This document shows positions 51,720-61,627 of a stretch of 64,000 nt of DNA, piece after piece (the stretch's first letter is position 1; each line of letters opens with the position of its first letter). This DNA is from Halopseudomonas sp. (lineage in GTDB: Bacteria; Pseudomonadota; Gammaproteobacteria; Pseudomonadales; Pseudomonadaceae). Both the position numbers and the translations under genes were made by a program. The DNA lies in NCBI RefSeq assembly GCF_038130085.1, contig NZ_JAYPMU010000016.1, forward strand, positions 12,465-76,464, given 5' to 3'. The notes beneath the pieces were generated by a model that saw only the letters and a list, made by a program, of their open reading frames with translations, ran no database searches and was not told where the DNA came from.

Positions 51720-53123
51720 ATGAATACCCGTTCAGAACACGATCTGCTTGGTGATCTCGATGTACCCGACGATGCCTGGTACGGCATCCAGACCCTGCGT
51801 GCGGCGGCCAACTTCGCCATTACCGGGGTGCCAATTTCGCATTTCCCGGAGCTGATTCAGGCACTGGCGCAGGTGAAGCAGGCCTCAGCGCTGACCAACC
51901 GCGACTTCGGCCTGCTCAGTCAAGAGAAGACCGACGCCATCGTCTCCGCCTGCGAAGACATCGCCAGCGGTCTGTATCACGATCAGTTCATCGTCGACGT
52001 CATTCAGGGCGGCGCCGGTACCTCGACCAACATGAACGCCAACGAGGTAATCGCCAACGTCGCGCTGGCCAAGCTGGGGCACGGTCGTGGCGAGTACCGC
52101 CACCTGCACCCGAACGACGACGTCAACCGCTCGCAATCCACCAACGACGCCTACCCAACCGCCGCCTGCCTCGGCATCCAGTTTGCCGCCGACAGTTTCG
52201 TGCCGGCGCTGGCTTCGCTGAAGGCCGCACTGGAAGACAAGGGCCGCGAGTTCGCGCACATCCTGAAGATGGGCCGCACCCAGCTGCAGGACGCCGTGCC
52301 GATGACACTCGGGCAGGAATTCGATGCCTTTGCCGTCAACCTCGGCGAAGACATCGACCGCATCCGCGAAGCCTGCGCACTGCTGTGTGAGGTCAACCTC
52401 GGCGGCACCGCCATCGGTACCGGCATCAACACGCCCGACGGCTATTCGGCCAAGGTAGTTGCGCGGCTGGCCGAGGTGTCGGGCAAGCCGCTGATCCCGG
52501 CCTGCAACCTGGTCGAGGCGACCTCAGACATGGGCGCCTTTGTGTTCTTCTCCGGCATTCTCAAGCGCCTGGCAATCAAACTGAGCAAGATGAGCAACGA
52601 CCTGCGCCTGCTCTCCAGCGGCCCGCGCACCGGTCTGGGCGAGATCCAGCTGCCGCCCATGCAGCCGGGCTCCTCAATCATGCCGGGCAAGGTCAACCCG
52701 GTGATTCCCGAGGCGATGAACCAGACTGCCTATCAGGTAATCGCTGCCGATCTGGCGGTGACCCTGGCCGCCGAGGCCGGGCAGCTGCAGCTCAACGCGA
52801 TGGAGCCGATGATCATCTACAACCTGCTCAACTCGCTGAAGATGCTCAAGGAAGCCTGCCAGATGCTCGAACATCGCTGCATTCGTGGCATCATCGCCAA
52901 CGAGCAGGCCTGCGCTGCCCACGTCGACAACAGCATCGGGATCATCACCGCGCTGGTGCCGCACATCGGCTACAGCAACGCCTCGCGCATCGCCCACACG
53001 GCGCTGATGACCGGCAGCACGGTCAAGGCACTGATCATCGAGGAGAACCTGATGAGCGAATCGGAACTCAACCGACTGTTGAGCCCGCAATCCATGCTGG
53101 CCCCGCAAAAGGCCGCCTCATGA
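51720..53123 (+). CDS. aspA: Aspartate ammonia-lyase
   Basis: QGGAGTSTNMNANE, HPNDDVNRSQSTND, KMGRTQLQDAVP and GSSIMPGKVNP. Confidence 0.93.
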   Translation: MNTRSEHDLLGDLDVPDDAWYGIQTLRAAANFAITGVPISHFPELIQALAQVKQASALTNRDFGLLSQEKTDAIVSACEDIASGLYHDQFIVDVIQGGAGTSTNMNANEVIANVALAKLGHGRGEYRHLHPNDDVNRSQSTNDAYPTAACLGIQFAADSFVPALASLKAALEDKGREFAHILKMGRTQLQDAVPMTLGQEFDAFAVNLGEDIDRIREACALLCEVNLGGTAIGTGINTPDGYSAKVVARLAEVSGKPLIPACNLVEATSDMGAFVFFSGILKRLAIKLSKMSNDLRLLSSGPRTGLGEIQLPPMQPGSSIMPGKVNPVIPEAMNQTAYQVIAADLAVTLAAEAGQLQLNAMEPMIIYNLLNSLKMLKEACQMLEHRCIRGIIANEQACAAHVDNSIGIITALVPHIGYSNASRIAHTALMTGSTVKALIIEENLMSESELNRLLSPQSMLAPQKAAS

Positions 53124-54145
53124 CCGCCGAGGTGCTGATCCTGCACACCGGCGGCACTATCGGCATGGTGCCCGGCCCGCATGGGCTGGCACCGGCCCCC
53201 GGTTTGCGCCAGCGGATCGAGCAACAGCTGGGCAGCAGTCTGCACCAGTTGCCCAGCTTCGATCTGCTGGAGATCGACCCGCTGATCGACAGCGCCAACA
53301 TCACCCCGGCGCACTGGCAGCAGCTCGCCGCGCTGCTGGCCGAACACTGGGACCGCTATCGCGGCTTCATCATTCTGCACGGCACCGACACCGTGGCTTA
53401 CAGCGCTGCGGCGCTTGCGTTCATGCTCGGCGCCAGCGAACGCAACGTGCTGTTCACCGGCTCGCAGGTCCCGCTCGGGCTGCCGCGCAGCGACGCGGTA
53501 GCGCACCTGCAGGCAGCGCTGCAACTGGCAGCCGGGCCGCGCCTGCGCAATGTCGGCCTGGTGTTCAACAACCGGCTGCTCAACGGCAGCCGTCTGCGCA
53601 AGGTCAGCAGCCAGCAGTTTCACGCCTTCGACACTCCCAACGCGGCGCCGCTGGCTGAGCTGAATATCCGTCCGCAACTTCATACCGAGCGTCTGCTGGG
53701 CGACGACGTCGCCAGCCGCCATCCACACGAAGCAGCCGCGCTCGACTTCCAGCCGGGGGCGGTGGCCATGCTCTGCTTGCACCCGTCGATGCCGGCAGCG
53801 CTGTACGACGCGATTCTGGCCGACAGTAACTGCAAGGCGGTGGTGTTGCAGAGCTTTGGCGCCGGCAACGTGCCCAGCCGCGACCCGGCGTTTGATGCTT
53901 TTATCAAACGCGCCAACGCGCGCGGCAAGGTCGTGGTCAACGTGACCCAGTGCCTGCAGGGTGGCATCAGCCCCGGCGCCTACGCGGCAAGCGCTGGACT
54001 GCAGGATCAGGGGGTACTGAGTGGCGGTGACATGACGCCGGAAGCAGCGTTCTGCAAACTGCACTGGTTGCTGGCAGGCGGTCGTGACGCCGCCGCTGTA
54101 ACACGCGACTGGTCACTCAACCTGAGCGACGAACAGACGATCTAA
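53120..54145 (+). CDS. ansA: Type I (cytoplasmic) L-asparaginase
   Basis: HTGGTIGM, DSAN, HGTDT, TGSQ and FGAGN; no signal peptide. Confidence 0.9.
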   Translation: MTAEVLILHTGGTIGMVPGPHGLAPAPGLRQRIEQQLGSSLHQLPSFDLLEIDPLIDSANITPAHWQQLAALLAEHWDRYRGFIILHGTDTVAYSAAALAFMLGASERNVLFTGSQVPLGLPRSDAVAHLQAALQLAAGPRLRNVGLVFNNRLLNGSRLRKVSSQQFHAFDTPNAAPLAELNIRPQLHTERLLGDDVASRHPHEAAALDFQPGAVAMLCLHPSMPAALYDAILADSNCKAVVLQSFGAGNVPSRDPAFDAFIKRANARGKVVVNVTQCLQGGISPGAYAASAGLQDQGVLSGGDMTPEAAFCKLHWLLAGGRDAAAVTRDWSLNLSDEQTI

Positions 54146-54969
54146 AACCGCGCCCGGAAGTGCCACTCGCCCGGGCCGATGTCGTTGCGGATCGCCGCGC
54201 GGATATCCGCATCCAGCGCCGGGTCGTCACAACTGTAGAGCCCACACAGCGCCAGCACGCGCTGACGATCCACTTCACGCCCCAGATATTCGTACAGCAC
54301 CCGGGTGCAGCACGGCACCCGCTCGCCGCTGCCGGAGACGCCGATGCGCAGACCGGTCAGCCGGTCCACCCGGTTGCGGAACGACGGGTAGAGCACCGTC
54401 TGGGTCATCTCGAAATTGGTCAGGGTTTCATAGTCGGCGAGAAAGATACGGTCTGACAGAAACTGCACCATGCCCCGGTACACACCGTGAAATGGCTTGC
54501 TGCCCGGCCGCTCGCGAATCCGCTCGGTGCGCTGGTAGTAGGTCTTGCCCTCGTGCTCTTCCAGACACACCAACGTGCGCAGAATGCTGCCGGGATAGGC
54601 CATCGACAGGTAGTACTCGAAGTAATAGCCCAGATACTTGTCGAGCCCGCTCTGGCCGACGTTGTTGAGTCGCTGCAGGTATTGCTGCTCGAGCGAGTTC
54701 GGCTGAGAGGCCGCAGGCGTCGCTCGCTCGGTCTGCTGCGGGCGCACCTGAATCAGCCGCTGGAACTGGCCGTGGGGCAACAGCATCTCGTGCACTTCAA
54801 CGCCGAAGAAGTCACACAGCCGACGCATGGTGCTGTCGGACGGGCGATTGACACCATTGAGATAGCGATTGAACTGCGGGCGGTTGATACCCAGCCGTCG
54901 ACACACCTCGGCAGTGGACTTGTAGTAGCTGCACAGCAGCCGCAGATTGTCGCCAAAATCGTCGTGCAT
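54142..54969 (-). CDS. XRE-family HTH transcriptional regulator with an uncharacterised C-terminal domain
   Basis: [33 protein letters not shown]; start at MHDDF. Confidence 0.85.
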   Translation of the reverse strand: MHDDFGDNLRLLCSYYKSTAEVCRRLGINRPQFNRYLNGVNRPSDSTMRRLCDFFGVEVHEMLLPHGQFQRLIQVRPQQTERATPAASQPNSLEQQYLQRLNNVGQSGLDKYLGYYFEYYLSMAYPGSILRTLVCLEEHEGKTYYQRTERIRERPGSKPFHGVYRGMVQFLSDRIFLADYETLTNFEMTQTVLYPSFRNRVDRLTGLRIGVSGSGERVPCCTRVLYEYLGREVDRQRVLALCGLYSCDDPALDADIRAAIRNDIGPGEWHFRARF

Positions 54970-55166
54970 GGTCGCCCTCACTCGTGATCGCCATGGTAGT
55001 CCAATCCGCCGGCGCACAACACCTGCCGAGCGGCGGACGCTGTACACGTTTTAGCCTTTGTCATCCCCCGCCCGATCAGCGACAATACGCAGCTATTTTT
55101 CAAGCCTCGTCCGGACCCGGCCTGCACAGTGCAGCGACCGCGTCCCGCCACTACTCAGTAGCCGAC

Positions 55167-56753
55167 ATGTCCAACGCCATCGAAAAAGAAGTCGCCAAAC
55201 GGCGCACCTTCGCCATCATCTCCCACCCGGATGCGGGTAAGACCACCATCACCGAACGTCTGCTGCTCATGGGGCAGGCGATCAGCGTGGCCGGTACAGT
55301 CAAATCGCGTAAGTCCGACCGCCACGCCACCTCCGACTGGATGGCGATGGAAAAGGAGCGGGGCATTTCGGTGACCACCTCGGTGATGCAGTTCCCCTAT
55401 CGCGATGCGATGGTCAACCTGCTCGATACCCCCGGCCACGAAGACTTCTCGGAAGATACCTACCGCACCCTGACCGCGGTGGACTCGGCGCTGATGGTGC
55501 TCGACGGCGGTAAGGGTGTCGAGCCACGCACCATTGCGCTGATGGACGTCTGCCGCCTGCGCGACACGCCCATCGTCAGCTTCGTCAACAAACTCGACCG
55601 CGACATCCGCGACCCGATCGAGCTGCTCGATGAGATCGAAGCGGTCCTGAACATCAAGGCTGCACCGATCACCTGGCCGATCGGCTGCTACCGCGACTTC
55701 AAGGGTGTGTATCACCTGGCCGACGACAAAATCATCGTCTACGTTCCGGGCCACGGCCACGAGCGCACCGAGCAGCAGGTTATCGACGGCCTGGACTCGG
55801 ACGAAGCCCGTGCGCACCTGGGCGATCTGTACGACAACTTCGTCGAAGAGCTGGAGTTGGTGCAAGGCGCCTGCCACGAGTTCGATCAGGACGCCTTCAT
55901 CAAGGGCGAAATGACCCCGGTGTTCTTCGGTACCGCACTGGGCAACTTCGGTGTGGATCAGGTGCTGGACGCGATCGTCGACTGGGCTCCGCGCCCGCAG
56001 CCGCGTTCCAGCCACGAGCGCGAGGTGCAGCCGACCGAAGCGCCGTTCACCGGTTTTGTGTTCAAGATTCAGGCGAACATGGACCCGAAACACCGCGACC
56101 GCATTGCCTTCGTGCGTATCTGCTCCGGCCGCTACGAAAAAGGCATGAAGCTGCACCACGTGCGCACCGGCAAGGAAGTGCGCATCGCCGACGCGCTGAC
56201 CTTCTTCGCCGCCGAGCGTGAGCATCTGGAAGAAGCCTGGGCGGGCGACATCATCGGTCTGCATAACCACGGCACCATCCAGATCGGCGACACCTTCACC
56301 GAAGGCGAAAAGATCGGCTTTACCGGCATCCCGCACTTTGCCCCGGAACTGTTCCGCCGCGTGCGCCTGAAAGACCCGCTGAAATCCAAGCAGCTGCGTC
56401 AGGGTCTGCAGGAGCTGGCCGAGGAAGGCGCGACTCAGGTGTTCTTCCCCGAGCGCAACAACGACATCATCCTCGGCGCGGTCGGTGTGCTGCAGTTTGA
56501 CGTCGTGGCCGAGCGCCTGAAGCAGGAATACAAGGTCGAGTGCATTTACGAGCCGGTCAACGTCTGGTCCGCCCGCTGGGTCGACTCCAATGATCGCAAG
56601 AAACTCGACGAGTTCAGCAAGAAGGCCACCGAGAACCTCGCCATTGATGGCGGCGGCCACCTGACCTATCTGGCGCCGACCCGCGTCAACCTGAGTCTGA
56701 CCGAGGAACGCTGGCCGGAAATCGAATTCCGCGCCACCCGCGAGCACCACTGA
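55167..56753 (+). CDS. prfC: Peptide chain release factor 3
   Basis: [46 protein letters not shown] and GVLQFDVV. Confidence 0.97.
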   Translation: MSNAIEKEVAKRRTFAIISHPDAGKTTITERLLLMGQAISVAGTVKSRKSDRHATSDWMAMEKERGISVTTSVMQFPYRDAMVNLLDTPGHEDFSEDTYRTLTAVDSALMVLDGGKGVEPRTIALMDVCRLRDTPIVSFVNKLDRDIRDPIELLDEIEAVLNIKAAPITWPIGCYRDFKGVYHLADDKIIVYVPGHGHERTEQQVIDGLDSDEARAHLGDLYDNFVEELELVQGACHEFDQDAFIKGEMTPVFFGTALGNFGVDQVLDAIVDWAPRPQPRSSHEREVQPTEAPFTGFVFKIQANMDPKHRDRIAFVRICSGRYEKGMKLHHVRTGKEVRIADALTFFAAEREHLEEAWAGDIIGLHNHGTIQIGDTFTEGEKIGFTGIPHFAPELFRRVRLKDPLKSKQLRQGLQELAEEGATQVFFPERNNDIILGAVGVLQFDVVAERLKQEYKVECIYEPVNVWSARWVDSNDRKKLDEFSKKATENLAIDGGGHLTYLAPTRVNLSLTEERWPEIEFRATREHH

Positions 56754-56766
56754 CACGCGCAGACAA

Positions 56767-56797
56767 GCGCCCGGGCACAGCACGCTGTGCCCGGGCG
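56767..56797. repeat. REP-like palindrome, copy 2 (extended arms)
   Basis: GCGCCCGGGCACAGCACGCTGTGCCCGGGCG; its core is the reverse complement of 36971-36990. Confidence 0.7.
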
Positions 56798-56858
56798 TAA
56801 TATCAGGCGCGTAGAAGGCGTGCTTGCCGCCGCCGGCCAGCGCGCGTAGCGTAACCCC

Positions 56859-57656
56859 ATGCGCTATATCGACACCCACACCCACCTCGACTTCGCCGTT
56901 TTCGACCCTGATCGTGATCAGGTACTGAGCGACTGCGCGCGCCTTGGCGTTGAGCGATTGGTGCTGCTGGGTGTCACCCAGACCAACTGGGATGCGGTAT
57001 GGCGGCTGTGCCAACAACACGCCAACCTGTTCGCCGCCTTTGGCCTGCACCCGATGTTCATGAGCGAACACCGTGCCGAGCACATCCCCGCACTGCAGCA
57101 CGCTGTGGCCGAACGCCTGCACAATCCGCACTGCTGCGCCGTGGGTGAATACGGGCTGGATTACTGGGACAAGAGTGCCGACCGCCACGCCCAGCAACAA
57201 CTGTTCGAGGCGCAACTGCAACTGGCGGTCGATTGCCAGTTGCCGAGCCTGCTGCACGTGCGCCGCGCCCACGCCGATGTGATTGCCACACTAAAGCGCT
57301 ATCGCCCGGCGCGCGGCGGTATCATCCACGCCTTCAGTGGCAGTCCGGAAGAGGCCCGCGAGTACCACAAGCTGGGCTTCAAGCTGGGTCTGGGCGGCGC
57401 CGCGACCTGGCCACAGGCAAGCCGACTGCGCCAGACCGTCGCCCAACTGCCAGCCGATCAACTGGTGCTGGAAACCGACTCCCCCGACATGGCCCCGGCC
57501 TTCCACCCACACCAGCGCAACAGCCCCACCCTGCTGCCGCAGATCGCCGCGGAGCTGGCCGCGCTGCGCGGCGAATCACTGGAACACTTCAGTGCCCGGT
57601 GCTGGCAGAACAGTTGCGAGCTGTTTCAATGGTCGCCGCCAGACCCTGCGGCTTGA
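56859..57656 (+). CDS. TatD family hydrolase
   Basis: IDTHTHLD, GLHP, VGEYGLD, LHVR, HAFSGS and LETDSPD. Confidence 0.93.
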   Translation: MRYIDTHTHLDFAVFDPDRDQVLSDCARLGVERLVLLGVTQTNWDAVWRLCQQHANLFAAFGLHPMFMSEHRAEHIPALQHAVAERLHNPHCCAVGEYGLDYWDKSADRHAQQQLFEAQLQLAVDCQLPSLLHVRRAHADVIATLKRYRPARGGIIHAFSGSPEEAREYHKLGFKLGLGGAATWPQASRLRQTVAQLPADQLVLETDSPDMAPAFHPHQRNSPTLLPQIAAELAALRGESLEHFSARCWQNSCELFQWSPPDPAA

Positions 57657-57690
57657 TAGAGTTGTAGCCTGTTCCAAGGAGGATCGAACC

Positions 57691-58161
57691 ATGCCCTACG
57701 GCATTGCCCTGTTTCTGATCTGGCTGGTACTGCTGCTGCGCTTTCCGCGCGTCATGTTGCCGGTCAGTGCCGTCATTGCCGGCCTCGCCCTGCTGCTCGG
57801 TGCGATCATGGGCGTACTGCAGTGGCAGCAAAGCCAGCGTATCGAGCAGCTCGCCTTCGAGCTCAGCTACCAACCCGAAAGGTGCCCGTTTGGCCAGCCG
57901 CTGGCGGTCAGCATCCACAATGGCGGTGAACGCAGCGCACGCAATGTCAGCTGGCAGCTGTGGGTCAATCAACCCGGTTACAACTCCAACCTGGTCGATG
58001 TAGCGAGCAACGACCAACGCTTCACCCTCGCCAGCGAGCTGGCACCCGGTGCCGACACCCGGGTCTGCTACAGTCTGCCGCGGCTGCGCCGTGGCTATCG
58101 AGAGTCCGAACTGGAATACCGTGCCGATGCGGTGCGGGCCGACTTCATCCAAGAACAATAA
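57691..58161 (+). CDS. Hypothetical membrane-anchored protein
   Basis: Strong RBS (AAGGAGG), two N-terminal TM segments and a soluble C-terminus. Confidence 0.75.
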   Translation: MPYGIALFLIWLVLLLRFPRVMLPVSAVIAGLALLLGAIMGVLQWQQSQRIEQLAFELSYQPERCPFGQPLAVSIHNGGERSARNVSWQLWVNQPGYNSNLVDVASNDQRFTLASELAPGADTRVCYSLPRLRRGYRESELEYRADAVRADFIQEQ

Positions 58162-58171
58162 GGAGCGTTTC

Positions 58172-58990
58172 ATGACCCAACCCGTCGCCCTGATCACCGG
58201 CTGTTCCTCAGGCATCGGCCAGGCATTGGCCCTGACCTGCCTGCAGGCCGGCTATCAGGTGTTCGCTGCCGCGCGGCGTGTGGAAAGCCTGGCACCATTG
58301 ACCGACAAGGGTGCCATTGCCATCGCGCTGGATGTGAACGACGCCGAACAGCGCCAGCAATGTGTCGAACAGATTCGCACCCAGGCTGGACGTCTGGACC
58401 TGCTGGTCAATAACGCGGGCTACGGCGCGATGGGCCCGATCATGGATGCTGACCGCGACACCCTGCTGCACCAGTTCGACACCAACGTCTTTGCTCCGCT
58501 GCAGCTGGTTCGCGACAGCGCCGAATTGCTGCGCACCGCCAAGGGCCTGATCGTCAACATTGGCAGCGTATCCGGGGTTACCACCACGCCCTTCTCTGGC
58601 GTCTACTGCGCGTCCAAGGCGGCGCTGCACGCGATCTCCGATGCGCTGCGCATGGAACTGCATCCGTTTGGGATTCAGGTTATGACCGTCATGCCGGGCG
58701 CCATCGCCTCGGACTTCGGCAACAACGCCACCGCGGCGATCACCATGGCCGAAGGGTCCTGGTTCAAACCGTGGGAAAAGGCAGTACAGGCGCGCGCCAA
58801 GGCCTCGCAGAACGCTCGCTCGACCAGTGCCCAGGACTTCGCCAGCGAGCTGCTTGGCTACATCCGCAATCCGATTCGCCCGGAAAACGTGCTGATCGGC
58901 TCCGGCGCACGCAGCATGGTGCGCCTCAAGCGCTGGCTGCCAACCTCGATCCTCGACAAGCGGATGCGCAAGCGCTTCAAGCTCGAATGA
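58172..58990 (+). CDS. SDR family oxidoreductase
   Basis: TGCSSGIG, NNAGYG and YCASK; start at MTQPV after AAGGAG. Confidence 0.92.
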   Translation: MTQPVALITGCSSGIGQALALTCLQAGYQVFAAARRVESLAPLTDKGAIAIALDVNDAEQRQQCVEQIRTQAGRLDLLVNNAGYGAMGPIMDADRDTLLHQFDTNVFAPLQLVRDSAELLRTAKGLIVNIGSVSGVTTTPFSGVYCASKAALHAISDALRMELHPFGIQVMTVMPGAIASDFGNNATAAITMAEGSWFKPWEKAVQARAKASQNARSTSAQDFASELLGYIRNPIRPENVLIGSGARSMVRLKRWLPTSILDKRMRKRFKLE

Positions 58991-60022
58991 TCAGAAGCCC
59001 GCGTCGGCATAGAGCAGGCGCTCGGCCTGCTGGTCCGCCACCTCTGAAGGTGAACGACCTTCAGCACGGCTCTGCTCGAAGATCGAGTCGAGCCGACTGC
59101 CGATGCCCTTGACCCGACCGGCAATATCGCCGCCGCCCACGCCGCGGTGGGTCAACCCCACGTGCAACAGACCACCCGCGTTGATCACGTAGTCAGGCGC
59201 ATAGAGAATCTCGCGAATCACCAATTGATCGGCCAGCTCAGGATCACCCAGTTGATTGTTGGCCGCTCCGGCCACCACCGCGCAGCGCAGTTGGGTAATG
59301 CTACGCTGGTTTATCGAGCCTCCCAGTCCGCAGGGTGCAAACACGTCACAGGGCGTCTCGTAAACCGCATCCGGTGCCAGCGGCTGGGCGCCCAGCTCTT
59401 CTTCCGCCAGCCGTACCTTGCCCTGATCCAGATCCGCTACCAGCAACTCGGCACCTTCGGCCTGCAGCAACTGCGCGAGTGCATAGCCCACATTGCCGAG
59501 CCCCTGGAGGGTAACCCGCACCCCGCTTAGCGAGTCTTGCCCGAGTCGCGCGCGCACCGCCGAACGTATCCCGGCCAACACGCCAAGCGCCGTGTGCGGT
59601 GAGGGATCCCCGGCGTGGGTGGTGCTGGTCACGTGAGCAGTGTGCTGGGCAATGCAGTCCATGTCGGCACTGCTGGTGCCGCTGTCCATCGCGGTGATGT
59701 AACCACCGCGCAGAGATTCGATACAGCGGCCGAACGCCTCAAACAGCGCCGCGCGATCGGCGGTATGTGGCTGCCGCAGGATCACCGCCTTGCCGCCGCC
59801 CTGATCCAAACCTGCCAGTGCCGCCTTGTAGCTCATCCCCCGGGCCAGGCGCATGGCATCGGCGATGGCGTCTTCGACGCTGTTGTAGGCGAGGTAACGA
59901 CAGCCTCCGAGCGCCGGTCCCAGGCGGGTATTGTGGATCGCCACCACCGCTTCCAGACCGGTCGCCTCGTCGGAAAAGAAGTGCAATCCTTCCATACGTT
60001 CGGCACGCATCGCTGTAAACAT
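58991..60022 (-). CDS. ldh: Glu/Leu/Phe/Val dehydrogenase (leucine dehydrogenase)
   Basis: LGPALGGCR, RGMSYKAA, GGGK, QGLGNVG, GAANNQL and DYVINAGG. Confidence 0.9.
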   Translation of the reverse strand: MFTAMRAERMEGLHFFSDEATGLEAVVAIHNTRLGPALGGCRYLAYNSVEDAIADAMRLARGMSYKAALAGLDQGGGKAVILRQPHTADRAALFEAFGRCIESLRGGYITAMDSGTSSADMDCIAQHTAHVTSTTHAGDPSPHTALGVLAGIRSAVRARLGQDSLSGVRVTLQGLGNVGYALAQLLQAEGAELLVADLDQGKVRLAEEELGAQPLAPDAVYETPCDVFAPCGLGGSINQRSITQLRCAVVAGAANNQLGDPELADQLVIREILYAPDYVINAGGLLHVGLTHRGVGGGDIAGRVKGIGSRLDSIFEQSRAEGRSPSEVADQQAERLLYADAGF

Positions 60023-60132
60023 GTACGCTCTCCCGCTTTTTCCGGTTGTCTGAAACAACCATACACACTAAACCCGCTCCTTGCCTGCGCCTCTTTGGCA
60101 AACTTGGCATCCCCTGTATTCGGAGGTTTTAC

Positions 60133-61002
60133 ATGCGCTGGTTGCTCCCCTTTTTCACCGTGATGCTGATGGTTGTCGTCAGCACCCCTGATGCCGAGGC
60201 CCGTCGCCTGGGTGGCGGCAAGAGCTTCGGCAGTGCGCCGACCCACCAGAGCGCACCTGCTCAGCGGCAGACAGCGCCACGCGACCAGCAAGCCGCACCA
60301 GCCCGCCAGCAACCGGCTGCCGGCGCGGCCACCTCTGGTGCCAGCCGCTGGCTCGGCCCGCTGGCCGGTATCGCGGCCGGCGGCCTGTTGGCATCCATGC
60401 TGTTCGGTGACGGTTTCGAGGGTATTCAGCTGTTCGACATTCTGCTGTTCGGCCTGATTGCCTTTGTCCTGTTCAAGCTGTTCAGCCGTCGCCCGCAGGC
60501 GGCCCAACAGCGCCAGCCCCAATGGCAGCCCGCCGGCGGTGCACCGATGCAGCGCGAGCCCGTGCAGAACTGGGAGCCAGCGCGCACCGCGCAGCCCGCA
60601 GCCGCGGCAGCAGCAGCAGCACCGATTGACGCTCCGGCCTGGTTCGACGCCGAGGTATTCCTGCGTGGCGCCAAGGAGCACTTCTACACCCTGCAGCGTC
60701 ACTGGCGTGACGGCGACAGCGCCGGCATGGCCGAGTACCTGTCCCCCGAGCTGCTGCAGCAATTGCTGGCCGCACGCGAGGAGTCCCCGCCGACCGCCAA
60801 TGGCTTCGTCGACGAACTGACCGCCCGCCTGGACGGCGTTACCCAGACCGAAGGCCGTACCCTGGTCACCGTCAGCTTCAACGGCCTGGACCGTGACAGC
60901 GCTGACGACGCCGGCCAGTGGTTCGACGAGAGCTGGGCGCTGGAGCGCGCCGATGGTGACAACCAGCCGTGGATCATCACTGGTATTCGCCAGAACGACT
61001 GA
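60133..61002 (+). CDS. Tim44-like domain protein
   Basis: AEARRLGGGKSFG, WLGPLAGIAAGGLLASM, and the Tim44 C-terminal pattern (F..GAK..F..LQ..W; ESW.LER..W.I.GIRQ). Confidence 0.9.
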   Translation: MRWLLPFFTVMLMVVVSTPDAEARRLGGGKSFGSAPTHQSAPAQRQTAPRDQQAAPARQQPAAGAATSGASRWLGPLAGIAAGGLLASMLFGDGFEGIQLFDILLFGLIAFVLFKLFSRRPQAAQQRQPQWQPAGGAPMQREPVQNWEPARTAQPAAAAAAAAPIDAPAWFDAEVFLRGAKEHFYTLQRHWRDGDSAGMAEYLSPELLQQLLAAREESPPTANGFVDELTARLDGVTQTEGRTLVTVSFNGLDRDSADDAGQWFDESWALERADGDNQPWIITGIRQND

Positions 61003-61013
61003 TCTGCGCGCAT

Positions 61014-61051
61014 AAAAAAAGCCCTTGCCGGTCCCCGGCAAGGGCTTTTTT
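61014..61051. terminator. Bidirectional intrinsic terminator
   Basis: A7-GCCCTTGCCGG-TCC-CCGGCAAGGGC-T6. Confidence 0.9.
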
Positions 61052-61069
61052 GTTGGCTGCGCGTCTGTC

Positions 61070-61627
61070 TCAGCGGCGCACCGGACGCTTCTGCAGTTTG
61101 CGCTGCAGGGTACGACGGTGCATGCCCAGTGCCCGCGCAGTCGCAGAGATGTTGCCATCGTGCTCGGCCAGCACGCGCTGAATATGCTCCCACTGCAGCC
61201 GATCAACCGACATCGGATGCTCCGGCACCAATGATTCCGGATCGGCCTGTTCCGATAGCAGCGCGGTCAGCACGTCATCGGCATCGGCCGGCTTGCACAG
61301 GTAGTTGCAGGCGCCGCGCTTGATCGCCTCCACCGCGGTGGCGATGCTCGAGTAGCCAGTCAGAATGACGATGCGCAGATCCGGATACAGCTCCAGCAGC
61401 TTGGGCATCAGAACCAGACCGGAATCCCCTTCCATCTTCAGATCCAGTACCGCGTAATCCGGCCGACGCTCGCGCGCAATACGCATTGCCTCTTCCGCCC
61501 CACCGGCGGTTTCGACCTGTAGGCCGCGACGGCTCAATGCCCGCGCCATGACCCGGGTAAAGGTCGGGTCATCATCAACCATCAACAACAACGGCTGATC
61601 TTCCTGGTTAATCTCTTCAGTCATCAA
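61070..61627 (-). CDS. regA: RegA/PrrA/RoxR response regulator
   Basis: LTGYSSIATAVEAIKRGACNYLCKP and MSVDRLQWEHIQRVL...NISATARALGMHRRTLQRKL. Confidence 0.95.
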   Translation of the reverse strand: MMTEEINQEDQPLLLMVDDDPTFTRVMARALSRRGLQVETAGGAEEAMRIARERRPDYAVLDLKMEGDSGLVLMPKLLELYPDLRIVILTGYSSIATAVEAIKRGACNYLCKPADADDVLTALLSEQADPESLVPEHPMSVDRLQWEHIQRVLAEHDGNISATARALGMHRRTLQRKLQKRPVRR

